DNA of 64,000 nt from Eledone cirrhosa (lineage: Eukaryota): the NCBI GenBank assembly GCA_964016885.1, contig OZ024750.1, positions 43,896,001 to 43,960,000 on the forward strand, written 5' to 3'. Shown here in pieces: positions 44,862-57,412 of the stretch. The translations under genes were made by a program, and so were the position numbers. Each line of letters opens with the position of its first letter. Positions within the stretch are counted from its first letter, which is position 1. The notes beneath the pieces were generated by a model. The model was given only the letters and a program-made list of their open reading frames with translations, did not search any database and was not told the DNA's origin.

Positions 44862-46099
44862 TATCCACATACATGTGTGTGTGTGTGTAAGTGCATGTGT
44901 GTGTTTCTGTTTGTTTACTTTAAACGGATATTTGTGAACTATATATATTTCAAGATATATTTCTTGAAATATATATATATATATGTATATATATATAAGT
45001 TTATATATGTATTGCTCATACGTAGAAACACATGTTTATGCTGTTTGTTTGACTACAAGCATAGATAAATATTGCAGACCTTAAATAAACTACAGCCTAG
45101 ATGTAAATCAGTTTGTGAACTAGGAAAGGAATGTAGCATATATAAGCGATCGGGTCTCTCGTCAGCTGTTCTCTATCCTATCTTCACAGTTTCTTATGGA
45201 TAACGCTCTCTTAACTTAACAGGGCTTTTCTCCTTGGTTCCTGGTCATTCGATCTTTGAGGATTAGCAGCCAAGTCTCCTTCAAATCTCTCCCTACCACC
45301 TTAAGAAGATATGCATATCATGGTTCCGTAAGACCAGGGTGAGTCGTAGAGGCGCTGTATTTACATACGGTTTCTAGTGTATTTTAAAACCTGGTGCAGC
45401 CAATCTCGTGTCCATTGGACAGAGAGAGTGAGAGAATGGAATTGAGAAAGAGATATAGAAGAAGGATCAATATCAGGTCTAGACTGGTACTTTTTATATC
45501 AACTTCGAATGGATGCAAAGAAAAGTTGACCAATGCGGGATTTGAACTGAGAGGTTAGAGAGCCGAAACTAATACAGCAAACCATTCTCTCCGACATTTC
45601 AACGATCTTATTAAAAAGATATAGAACCTGTTATAGGATTGATGCATTTTTTATCGACCTCGAAAAGCTGAAAGGCAAAGTTCACCGGGTGCAGAAGGGC
45701 GGAATGAATACCGCAAAGTATTCCATCTGACGTTCTAACGACTCTGCCGCCTTAGTAGTTGTGTCATGTGACAGAACAAAATTATTTTAGGAATAGTCTC
45801 AATGTTATATATACAGACCCATAGAATTGATAAATGTCCGAACACGGAAGAGCCGAACTCCCACTGCCATCGACCCCCACCTCTCTCGCCCTCTCCATCT
45901 CTCTCGCTGTAACATGAGCACACGGGGTCCAACGTGCTTGCCGCCCCACGGCCCCGGCGAACAGAATGGAGAAGGCGTTTCCCCTAAGTATGGTAAGGGA
46001 AATGCGCTGGAAGAGCTATTCCTTCTAAATAATATATTCATAGATACTCTTTCAGATAAAAGATTCTGAAAAGTGGATAGAATGCGTTGAAGAGAAGTC

Positions 46100-46420
46100 C
46101 CTACTGAAATATTTAGGGGTCATGTATCTGCTAGTTTTGGGATGTTCCTAGTGAAATATGGGGCCAAATATCTGGTAGATTTGAGATGTTCCTATTGAAA
46201 AATAGGGTCAAATATCTGGTAGATTTGAGATGTTCCTACTGAAATATTTAGGGTTCAAATATCAGGTAGACTTGTGATGTTCCTACTGAAATATTATGGG
46301 GTCAAATATCTGCTAGATTTGGGATGTTCCTACTGAAATATTATGGGGTTAAATATCTGGTAGATTTGGGATATTCCTACTGAAATATTATGCGGTCAAA
46401 TACTTGGTAGATTTGTGGTG
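46100..46420. repeat. ~40-bp minisatellite (gatgttcctactgaaatattatggggtcaaatatctggtagattt)
   Basis: About 8 diverged tandem units. Confidence 0.85.
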
Positions 46421-47029
46421 TTCAAAGGTATTACAGGTAGTGGAATGGTTGCTAAACGATTCACAGTTGACATCACCCAATGATATTTCACCAGGTGTTC
46501 TTTAATTATATCTCAACAGCAGTGTGTAAGACACTTGGTGGTAATATCTTAGGGATGTAATAAAATATATTTTGGTTCCAGTATTTTGCTTAGATGGCAA
46601 GTTGGCATAATCTTGGAGAGCTCTGGCCAGTTAACTGATTTAAAATATCAGAATGTAGGACTATGATGACATGTTGTTTGAGGAAATAAGATGCTCTACT
46701 TCCTGAAGATTATCATCGGACAACCAGATCAGGAAAAGGTCCACACACACACATACACACACACAGACACACATATATATATATATATATATGTGTGTGT
46801 AAAAGGTAATCATAAATAACAACACACTCGGTATAATGGATATGGAATATATTAGGTTAACGCTTGAAATAGCAGGAAGAATGTCTTCGGACGCTAGTCC
46901 TTCATCAGAAAAAAGAATGAAAAGTAATATAGATTGAGGGGACGGGCGGGGTGGAATAAGAAAAAATGTCTTTGGATAAAAATAACAGATTCATTCATGT
47001 TCACATCTCTTGGAAAACATATATATCTT

Positions 47030-47880
47030 TCACTCTTTTACCTGTTCCAGCAATCCGGCTGAGGCCATGCTGGGGCATCGCCCTTGTTGCTACACATTTT
47101 ATCTCCAGCCTGTATTGGTTGGCCACTGGTGCAAGAGGGAGTTCGTTGCTGCTGCTCTTAGGTTTCCCTCGTGCCTTGCTGTGGGCTCATCCGGGATCCT
47201 GGATAGCAAGGTGTCGAGATGTTTCTTGAAAACATCCACGTCCACACCATGCAGATCTCTCAGATCCCTCGGCAGCTTGTTGAAGAGTTGAGGGCCATTG
47301 AACCCCAGGCTATTGCAATAGCTGCTCCTTATTCTAGATGTGTAAGACGGGACCGTTGGCACCACACAGTGACGTCCTGTTCGGGGGTTGGTCCAGCTCC
47401 CAATGCCAAAGTTTGGTGCTAGTCCCTCCAGAATTTTCCACATGTATATCATTGCGTATCTCTCCCGTCTTCGTTCCAAGAAGTAGAGGTTCAGTTCCTT
47501 TAGCCTCTCCCAGTAGCTTGTCTACTTCATCGTGGCAATCCTCTTCGTGTAGCTTCGCTGGATTGCCTCAAGCTCCGTGATTAGTTTGAGACTATGGGGT
47601 GACCAGAGCAGGGAGCAATAGTCCAGGCGGCTTAGGATAAATGTCCTCCATAGTATCAACATGGTCTCTCAGTCTCTTGTCCGGAAAGTCTTCAAGATCC
47701 AGCCAGCGAGTCGTCTGGATATTGTCGCCACTTTCATGATGTGTGAGGAAAAAGATGCATCGTCGCTCATGTTTATATCCAGCTCTCGTATTGATTTAAA
47801 CGCAGGGATATCGGTCCATCCTGGTCCATTGTAACTGTGTTGTACTGTATTTGTGTTTGCAAGGTTTGTATTGTAGGGCT
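47030..47880 (-). mobile_element. CR1/L2-group LINE 3' fragment (degenerate RT C-terminus plus 3' UTR)
   Basis: Translations LSRLDYCSLLWSP, LEAIQR.YTKRI, YWERLKELNLY.LERRRERY.MIYMWKILEGL.PN and GPQLFNKLPRDLR...FKKHLD; frameshifted. Confidence 0.85.
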
Positions 47881-47969
47881 TGAAATTTGCCAGCATTAAA
47901 CTGCATGTTGTTGTCTTCCGCGCATTTGTATATGGTATCCAGACCTTGTTGTAAATAGTATCATTATTG

Positions 47970-48058
<89 letters not shown>

Positions 48059-48237
48059 TGTATTTATACATATAATAATAATGCTACTGGTAACATGTAT
48101 CCCAGTACAACCTAAAAAGTCACACTCGTTCAGCGCATCAGTAGGGGTTCTCCTACATGGATATAAAATAGTGGCCGTACTCGAAAACGAGTTGGCAGCC
48201 ACCACCATGTATATATGTATGTATGTATGTATTTATG

Positions 48238-48826
48238 TTAGGTCACCTGTTGGTGCTACTGGTAACATGTATCCCAGTACAACCTGTCTCATGGTCGGGT
48301 CGGTGGCGACTAAACTGACAACCCCACCAAGGTTTCTTGGCGAGGAGGGTGACTTTGGACGTCCTGCAGGACTAAAAGCAAAACCTGTCAAAGGGCAAAG
48401 GAGCTCTTAAGATTCAATGGCCATCCAAAATCAACGGGAGAGATGACCCCTTAGGCTTTGTCAAGGCAGAATTCTAGGAGAAGGAACACTCTGATATAAC
48501 ACCTGCAACCCTGTTGGTATCCAATGATGTTGACTTGTTCTTCTTTTTGGTAAATATCATCTTGGTTAAGAGAGTGGGACTGGCTTTGTGCAGTGCCTTT
48601 GCTCACTATAAAAGCTTCACGGCACAGGCATTGCTTTATATCTGGAGATCTCTCTGCACTTGTCATCACATGGTACCATGGGCCCAGTACTATGTGTAGT
48701 GTTTGTACCAGAGTTTTCAAGTCGCTGGCTGGACTAAAAAGTCACACTCGTTCAGCGCATCGGTAGGGGTTCTCCTACATGGATATAAAGTAGTGGCCGT
48801 ACTCGAAAACGAGTTGGCAGCCACTA
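48238..48826 (+). mobile_element. Full-length RTE-derived SINE-like element (preceded by an internally deleted copy at 48082-48208)
   Basis: Reverse complement of 13402-14005; the tail runs into (TATG/TA)n. Confidence 0.75.
48241..48317 (+). ncRNA. Putative HDV-like ribozyme at the element 5' end
   Basis: P1 GGUCA/UGGUC, P2 CAGU/ACUG, L3-like AACCUGUC with CC able to pair with GG (P1.1), P4 UCG(GUGG)CGA, J4/2 CUAA. P3 is weak. Confidence 0.5.
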
Positions 48827-49006
48827 TGAATGTATATATATATATATATACATGTATGTATATATTTATATATGTATGTATGTATATATATGTATGTATG
48901 TATGTATATGTATGTATATATATATATATGTATGGATGTATATATATATGTATGTATGTATATATGTATATATTTATATTTGTATGTATATATATATGTA
49001 TGTATG

Positions 49007-49038
<32 letters not shown>

Positions 49039-49118
49039 CATATGTGTGTATGTATGTATGTATGTATGTATGTATGTATGTACATATGTGTGTATGTATG
49101 TATATATGTATGTATGTA

Positions 49119-49151
<33 letters not shown>

Positions 49152-49263
49152 GTATATATATGTATATATACATATATGTATATATATATGTATATATGTG
49201 TGTGTTGCTGTATGTATGTGTTTGTGTGTGTTTGTGTATTTATGAGTGTGCATGATTGTATGC

Positions 49264-49316
<53 letters not shown>

Positions 49317-49534
49317 GTATATATACATGGAATGGTTTAAAAAAACAGTTAGACCATTACTGACCAAAGTACTCAATACTTGGTGTAATAGAGTGAGTAA
49401 TATGAAGGATTCGGGACTCCGACGGGTGTTGAAACGGCACTCCGACGGGTGTTGAAACGGCAGGAGCTCATCCGTTGGTGTCTCAAATCATTCATATATA
49501 TATATGCTTACACACACACACATGTACACTTTAT

Positions 49535-49618
<84 letters not shown>

Positions 49619-50106
49619 TCTGTGTGTGTGTGTGTATGCGTGTGTCTGTGTGGGCTGTTTAGTTTGATAAACTCAACGACAATCACAAGTTGAATGCACT
49701 GAAGAGAACTTCAGATAGAGGTAAAACAATGAAACAATGTTTTACATTCTTTCACAATAAATCATACAGCACCTGAAAAACATGTTGATCACTGATTATG
49801 TAAAACTTTATATCGGAAACCATTTAGCTTAGTGCTATATGCGACTAGTAGATGTGTGAAAATCCACTTTCACAGCTAACACAGCCATTTTTGCACATCA
49901 ATTATGCAGTTGCGTTCATCATCGTTCATATCTCCAACAAATATTTGACATTAATGTTACATAAAAATTTCAATGTTCTTATTTGTATCTTTTCTTTCCT
50001 ATTTCTTCTTCAAATCAGGATTTAGTCAATATCTTAAAATTAATGACACCTGAGTAAATAGTTATTATAAAGTTCTAAGTTTATTGTAAAGCTGATTTTA
50101 AATAAA

Positions 50107-50166
<60 letters not shown>

Positions 50167-50179
50167 TTTATTATATTTA

Positions 50180-50447
50180 GTTATGTAATAAACAACATAA
50201 GATAATTAATTCATTTACCAATGGTTTCTTGAAAAGCTTGACACTTATGTCTGTCTTCATTCATCTGAATAAGTTTATTCTGATGAATGAAGACAGACAT
50301 AAGTGTCAAGCTCTTCAAGAAACCATTGGTAAATTAATTAATTATCTTATGTTGCTTATTACATAACGAAAAAGCTCTGTACCCTACATAGAGCACTCTT
50401 TTTTTCCTTTACCTTTCCTACGGAAATACTTCATTTTTACTTCATTA
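50180..50447. mobile_element. Palindromic short element (arms 50180-50272 and 50275-50367) with outward-reading hammerheads
   Basis: Plus arm 50275-50336: ttatt-ctgatga-a-tgaaga..gaca(taag)tgtc..tcttca-a-gaaac-cattg-gta^aatta. The minus arm has a CAGAUGA mutation. Confidence 0.75.
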
Positions 50448-50458
50448 TATATATATAT

Positions 50459-50572
50459 GAGTTCAAATCCAGCCGAGGTTAACTTTGCCTTTCATCCTTA
50501 CAGGGTCGATAAAATAAAGTACCAGTAATACACTGGTTAATTGCTGGCCTTGTGCCTAACGTAGAAACAATT
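50459..50572 (+). mobile_element. tRNA-derived SINE, 5'-truncated
   Basis: B-box plus core plus gtagaaacaatt tail. Confidence 0.85.
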
Positions 50573-50737
50573 ATATATATATATAATAAAACAAGGAGTA
50601 ACAATTCGTCCTTGTATTATTATATTACACTCTGTGCTGCTCTACACCTCGATACCGACGTGGACCTAAACATCGAGTGCTAACCTGGGTGAACCTACAG
50701 CAACTCCGCGTTATATTCCCTAGTCACATATATATAT

Positions 50738-50799
<62 letters not shown>

Positions 50800-50829
50800 G
50801 AGACTTGGACACTGACCAAGAAACTCACT

Positions 50830-50868
<39 letters not shown>

Positions 50869-50871
<3 letters not shown>

Positions 50872-51475
50872 AGTGAGTTTCTTGGTCAGTGTTCATGTCT
50901 CAGACCCGTACAGCAGCACAAACTCCACTACAGCAACAATGAGACGGATTTTCGGGTCTTTACGAGGGGCCGACTTCCACACCGATCTCAAGCTGTGGCA
51001 CGTCGCCCAGGCATTGCTCTTCATCTCGACCACATCATCTTCTGCATTCTCAATCTTCGCTCTTAGATACAGGAAGTCCTCAACCAATTCTAGCGGCTTC
51101 CCGCCTACATTAGTAATCTTCTCTGGCTTCTTACTATTCCCTGCCAGATACTTCCTCTTAATCTCATTCATTCTCAGCCCCACACACATCGTCACAGTCT
51201 CCACCTCCTGCATCAACTCCTCTGACTCCTTCACTGTGTTTGTCACCAGAACTATGTCATCGGCAAATTCAGCATCCGCCGATATCTTTTTCGCCTTAAC
51301 TCTCCTGTGGGAGCCCCCGCCTGGACACACTGGAGGAGGGAACCCGAGGTTGACATATGTTGATGCCCTAAAGACAGACACTGGTCTCTTGGAGACGCAG
51401 GACATGGCAGCGATGATGAGGGATAGAGACCGCTGGAGAGAACTCGTCTATGGATCTCGGGAATTTTACCCGCCC
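50869..51475. mobile_element. RTE-clade LINE remnant with 5' inversion (RT segment on minus, C-terminus on plus)
   Basis: Minus 50869-51310: EFADDIVL...VGLRMN...VEDFLYL...VLLYGSE. Plus 51298-51475: LLWEP..H...G.P.LTYVD.LK.DTG....MM.DRDRWR. Confidence 0.8.
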
Positions 51476-52254
51476 TATATATATATATAGGAAAAACTAT
51501 GACCCCGACGGCAGAGCTCAAGCCGTTTCGAAGGCTATTGCAAAATAACCAATTCTACCTAGTGGTAAACCACCAAATTTAAACGTATATATATAACTCT
51601 GATATACATATTATTTATTATTAAGATGTATAAACTTGACACACTTATTATCATCTTATATTCTCTCAACTAATCACATTATGATTATATTTCTCTCTCC
51701 TTTTTTCTCCCCCCATATTTATAATATTTATATTTGACAAAATCTGTATTTTTACATTGTGTTTTTCCCTTTTTGATACTTGCTTATATTTTTTATATAT
51801 TCTCTATATATTTTTTATATATATATTTTTTTAATTCTTGTTTTCATTTTTATCCTCCTTTATATTTTATTTTATTCTTACTTTTATACCTTATTATAGT
51901 GTAATCTTCCCCATGCCTTATTATACATTATTAACTATAAATTATTATTATTCTTATTCCATTTCTAATTACCTCATGTACTTTCTCCTCCGTTATATAT
52001 ATATATTGTATGCCCTTTCGTGTGTGTGTAGCCTCTGCACACCCTCTGCACCCTACTATCAATGCCACCCCATCTATGGCTCCACTAACCACTCGACTCC
52101 CGGGAATGAATATGACCACAGCTAGTAAACAAGGACCCACACCCCACCCTCCCGCACCTAAATTAGACTTATTGTCCCCTGCTTTTTCTCTTTACTCTTT
52201 GTTCTTGAATGTTTGGTTGGTAGAGTCGATAACACCAATCAAAGCCCTTTTATA

Positions 52255-52299
52255 GCTCTGAAGAATCCTACGGTTACGTAAGGAAGAAACATTGTAAGC
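52255..52299 (+). ncRNA. Hammerhead ribozyme near the 3' end of an AT-rich insert (~51595-52346), related to 25808-25845
   Basis: gct-ctgaaga-a-tcct.acg(gtta)cgt.a.agga-a-gaaac-att-gta^agc, then caataaa...ttttgatgt...tcat(TA)n. Confidence 0.7.
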
Positions 52300-52856
52300 C
52301 AATAAAACATTTTTGATGTTATAGACGCTCTTGTGTTCTTTATCATATATATATATATATATATATATACGTTTAAATTTGGTGGTTTACCACTGGGTAG
52401 AATTGGTCATTTTGCAATGTTAATCTTGACATAATAAGAAAAGCACTCGACCTTATGCAACACATCCATTTTTGATGTCGAATCATGTTGGTGGTGCGGG
52501 AACGGAATAAATGTATTATAAAGTGAAATTCAGTAGTTATCTATTTCTGCAAACATTATGCACATTTTAGTGGCCATGTTGCGTAAGGACCTGCTGACAT
52601 CTTCAGGTGTAAATTGCGTAATAGATGCATACCAACGAAATGACGGTAAACCTTAATGAAACAAACAAAGGAAAAAGCAGAGGAAAAAGGTGTTTATGTT
52701 TTTGACCCAGAGACGGTGAGGCATAATAACAACATGCAGCTCTGTTCGTCTCAGCCATGTAGAGCGATAAAACTATTTGTTAGTTATATGTACCCCCCCC
52801 CCCACACACACACATATAAAAGAAAATGAGTTGTTTTTTTAAATGAAAAAACAAAC

Positions 52857-53503
52857 GAGATGTCCTACACGAGTGAAAGTATAAGGAAAAGAAATCGAAA
52901 ATGCAACTGGAGTCTTTTTAAGAATATTTATTTGTTTCCTTTACTGGTTTCACAGTTCTTATACTTTTCAAAAGTACAATTGAGATGGAGGGTTTGTGGT
53001 TTTTCTCGCATCTGGCTGGTGTTCGAATGTTACTTATGTTTTATGTGGAAAAAAGTGGCTCGAAATGGTAGGTTTTTTAGGAAAGTAATTTGGTTGGTTG
53101 ATGACAGTCACTTGAATAAATATAATACATTTTGCGTGCTTATTCACGTGACTGTCATCAACCAACCAAATCTCACTTATATATGAAAAAACAATTTGAA
53201 CACCCCCTTTATTTTAAAGGCAAATATTATAACAACTTTGTAACGCGAACTGGCGCGAAATTTATTATACGTGACAGTCATCAACCAACGAAATTACTTT
53301 CCTAAAAAACCTAGCATTTCGAGCCATTTTTTTCCACATAAAACAGAAGAAACATTCGAACACCAACCAGATGCGAGAAAAACCCCAAGCCCTTCATCTC
53401 AATTCTACTTTTGAAAAGTATTAGAACTGTGAAACTGGTAAAGCAACCAAATAAATATTCTTAAAAAGGCTCAAGCTGCATTTTCGATTTCATTTTTTCC
53501 CTT

Positions 53504-53505
<2 letters not shown>
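52857..53505. mobile_element. Older palindromic copy of the 15.4-kb element family (degenerate U3-A8 hammerheads at 52939-52974 minus and 53408-53443 plus)
   Basis: Arms ~52885-53115 and ~53270-53505 are reverse complements and homologous to 15371-15742. Confidence 0.75.
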
Positions 53506-53581
<76 letters not shown>

Positions 53582-54491
53582 TAAAATAATTGATTAAAGT
53601 TTAAGCAAAGAATCGCTGCTTTCACCCTTAACGGGATCTTCTGAAACTAACAAAGTCAATGTGTGAACGCAGAAGTGAATATTTCAAAAACGTTGCAACC
53701 TGAGGAAGACAGGAAGACGATACTTTGGTTCGTGCAAAGACACAACCACGTTTATGGTATAAAAGAAGTCGTAGACTAATATTCTCTTCGGTGGTTCATA
53801 GAGACGTTCTCTGGCAATGAACGGAAACAACGAAGATAATACGTCATATGTGGAGCGTGGAGAACAATTGCACGCAAAGACAAAACCACGTAAATGGTAT
53901 AACTGAAGTCGTAGACTAAAATTCTAACTAGGAAACCGAATGATTCTCCGCTTCAGAGTTAAGAATATAGTAAATAAAATACAGAGATAATTGAAATAAA
54001 ATAAATACATACACGCATCCAAATACGTACATACACAAGCATACGCGAAAACACTCGCCATAGGTATACAAATACACGCACATATAAATATGTGTGTGTG
54101 TGTGTGTGTGTGTGCGTGTATACAAATAATTAAATAAACGTATATAAATAAATAAATAAATAAATAAATACGTATATAACAAGCGCACACACATACCTAC
54201 ATGTAAATACACAAATGACGTCAACCAAAACACGAAGTACACATATACACACACCCTACATACGTGCGAACCCGCATACTCACACAGACGCAAAACTCAC
54301 GTATACACATAACCAAAAGCATATGTACCAGAATATATAAAATATACGCCATAACATATACAATCAAATATACGTACGAGAAAGTATACGTACCTTCACA
54401 AAACATACAGGTAATATATACTTACCTATGCAAATAAGTAATGGTATAAACATAACACATCAAGACGTAAAATATCCGCGTATAGACCGTA

Positions 54492-55002
54492 CTATCCGTT
54501 AGGGTATAATGTGGGGCTGTAATACAGGAAAGTTTTGTGCAATTTATGTTTACAAGCCGAAATTGCCTCAGATTTTTTGTTTAAGATGTGGTCTGTGGCG
54601 TAGAGTATTTCCAGGGCCTCAGCTAAAGTGATGGAGGAGTAGTAATTATTGATGTTGAATTGGATAAAACGGCAATGTTCCTTGTTGCATATGCCGTTGA
54701 ACCAATCAATCACACGAAAGAATTGTTCCACAGTCCAAGAGGGGCCAAACTTCTAATTTCAGGTATAATTCTATCAAGAATCCTTTTACTAAATCGGACT
54801 TCGTAGGGTTAATAAGCCGAATAGAGGGGTTGTTCGGATAATTGGATTTGTTATCCTTCAGGGTAAAGTGGGGAGAAATAGGGTCCAGAGGTTCGGTCCG
54901 GTCCAGGATGTTGAGATCAGAGGTGATTTTAAACATAGCATCGTTGATTTCATTAATGACGCACCGATTAGTTTTACAGTAATCATTAGTTACAGCAGTA
55001 TA
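54492..55002 (-). pseudogene. Degenerate RT fragment of a second PLE family (possibly Nematis-like)
   Basis: Translations FTLKDNKSNYPNNPSIRLINPTKSDL and VIDWFNGICNKEHCRFIQFNINNYYSSI match the PLE pattern TLKDHK.NF...P..RLINP.KS / VI.WF..I.NK....FI.FDI..FYPSI; frameshifted. Confidence 0.75.
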
Positions 55003-55328
55003 CAATGATATTAAATAAATGGAAACTATATTTATAAAACCCTATTTATTTTATTATATATATTTCAAGGGTACCAAAACTTTGGTATGCTTTCATCAGA
55101 TAAAATACAAAGTTTGTTTTATATATAGAGACATACCCATGGAAATCATACCTTATCCAGTGAATTTCCAACCGATAAGGTATGATTTTCATGGGTATGT
55201 CTCTATTTATAAAACGAACTTTGTATTTTATCTGATGAAAGCATACCAAAGTTTTGGTACCCTTGAAATATATATAATAAAATAAATAGGGTTTTATAAA
55301 TATAGTTTCCATTTATTTAATATCATTG
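55003..55328. repeat. 326-bp near-perfect palindrome (155-bp arms, 16-nt spacer) with hammerheads at 55047-55107 (minus) and 55224-55284 (plus)
   Basis: tattttat-ctgatga-aag.ca.taccaaa(gt)tttggta.cc.ctt-gaaa-tatata-ta^ataaaata; 8-bp stem I. Confidence 0.85.
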
Positions 55329-55437
55329 AATCCCGTCGAGGTTAACTTTGCCTTGCATCCTTACGGGGTCGATAAAATAAAGTACCAGTAATACACTGGG
55401 TATTTGCTGTCCTTGTGCCTAACGTAGAAACAATTAT
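55329..55437 (+). mobile_element. tRNA-derived SINE, 5'-truncated
   Basis: Core plus tail. Confidence 0.8.
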
Positions 55438-55571
55438 TTACTCAAGTAAACTGTTGAGTGCTCTAAATTAGTTATAAACATTTATATTTGTCGACTTCCA
55501 ACAAATTAAATACCCCTTCCAGAATTAGCCGTCGAAACGGCTTGAGCTCAGCCGTCGGGGTCCTACTCGTT

Positions 55572-55611
<40 letters not shown>

Positions 55612-55963
55612 TGTGTGTGTATTCAGCTAGAATGGTAAAACGTCAACGAGGGAAAGGGAGATAAAGAGACAGATCACAGAACCTTGCCTTCAGATATGAT
55701 TGGAACCATTTTCATAACATTTGCTTCAGCCCCCCCCCCCCCCCCCCCCGCACACACTTTTTTTTAGTCGTTACTCAATGTCTTCTAGACATCTGCTGAT
55801 GTATTATCCGGAATAGGTAGGGTCCTTTTCCGTGTATCGTTAAATCTGTGGAATCTAAAATTACCAAGTTTGATGTGAAGATCACGTTCAATGAGAGTTG
55901 GTATAGTTGAGACTGAGAGTTTACTGAGAATGTTATATACTTCATCAACATCACAACTATTGA

Positions 55964-56447
55964 TTGCTTCTGGTTGCTGTTGGTTGCTTCTGGTTGTTAC
56001 TGGTTGCTGTTAGTTGTTGTTGGTTGCTGTGGGTTGCTGTTGGTTGCTGTCAGTTACTTTTGGTTGTTGTTGGTTGTTTCTGGTTGCTGTTGGTTGCTTC
56101 TGGTTGCTGTTGGTTGCTGTTGGTTGCTGTCAGTTACTGTAGGTTGCTGTTGGTTGCTAGTGGTTGCTGTTGGTTGCTGTTAGTTGCTTCTGGTTGCTGA
56201 TGTTGGTTGCTGTTGGTTGCTGCTGGTTGCTATAGGTTGCTGAGGTTGCTGTTGGTTGCTTCTGGTTGCTGCTGGTTACTGTTGGTTGCTGTGGGTTACT
56301 GCTGGTTGCTGTTGGTTGCTGTTAGTTGCTTCTGGTTTCTGTTGTCGGTTGCTGTTGGTTGCTACTGGTTGCAGTTGGTTGCTATAGGTTGCTGTTGGTT
56401 GCTTTAGGTTGCTGGTGGTTGCTATTGGTTGCTGTATATTGCTGTTG
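55964..56447. repeat. 10-bp minisatellite TTGGTTGCTG
   Basis: Direct inspection. Confidence 0.9.
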
Positions 56448-57213
56448 TTTACTTTGTTATTCTGTTAAAGGAATTTCATTGAAAATATAGTTTAGTTTAG
56501 TTAAAAAAATATCTAAAAACTAACAAAACGAAAAAGGTTGTATAATTATAGGGAATGCCATGTAACTGTTCTTGGAGGAAATGAAAACTGTATAAGGAGG
56601 ATTATTAGAAGGAAAAAATAAGGAAAATGCAACAAAGTCAGGAGATAATCGTGGTTTGAAGAATGATAAAAGACACAGAAGAAAGGAAAACATAGAAAAA
56701 GAGACGTCAAAATAATGTTGATATTAAAGTATTAAAGTAAACATTGAAATTTAAAGTAAAAAGTCAACAGATTTTACATTGAACTTAACACGACTCAATA
56801 GAGTGAGCACTCCTACCCTCTCATACCATTACCTCCTACCCTCATACCATTACCTCATCCTTCTCCTCCTCAACCTTCTTTTCCTTTTTCTTTTTCTTTT
56901 TCTTTTTCTTTTTCTTTTTCTTTTTCTTTTTCTCAGTAGTAGTAGTAGCCGCAGTAGTAGTAATAGTAGCAGCAGCACTAGTAGTAGTAGCCACAGCAGT
57001 AATAGTAGCAGCAACAGTAGTAGTAGCAGCTGCAGTAGTAGTAGTAGCAGACGTAGTAGTAGCCACTACAGTAATAGTAGTAGTAGTAGTAGTAGCATTA
57101 CAGTTCAAATTACGCCGATGTTAGCCTTTCTTTCCTCCTTCCTGGGTCGATAAATAAAGTACTAGTATCGAACAGGAGTTGTTGACTATGTGCCTAAATC
57201 AGAAACCATTATT

Positions 57214-57402
57214 GGTGGATTGGCAGTCTCGGTAGAGGGTCAGACGCCATGCTTTGCAGCAAAGAGTTACGGCCCTTTACGGTTAGAGTTCAAATCCCAC
57301 CGAGGTTAACTTTGCCTTTCATCCTTACGCGGTCGATAAAATAAAGTACCAGTAATACAGTGAGTTAATTGCTGGCCTTGTACCAAAAGTAGAAACAATT
57401 AT
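57214..57402 (+). mobile_element. tRNA-derived SINE, full length
   Basis: A-box TGGCAGTCTCGG, B-box GAGTTCAAATCC, core and tail. Confidence 0.85.
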
Positions 57403-57412
57403 TACTACTCTT

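Noticed and set aside
46880-46912. HHR-like motif on minus strand (CUGAUGA-A-GGAC(UAGC)GUCC-GAAGAC)
   Set aside because: GAAA is altered and stems I and III do not close. Probably a decayed HHR, so not called as a feature.
53612-53648. HHR-like motif on minus strand (CAGAAGA-U-CCC(GUUAA)GGG-U-GAAAGC)
   Set aside because: Core mutated, with no UH site or stem I.
55019-55312. Mirror-image 88-aa ORFs on both strands
   Set aside because: A by-product of the palindrome, with no recognisable protein features.
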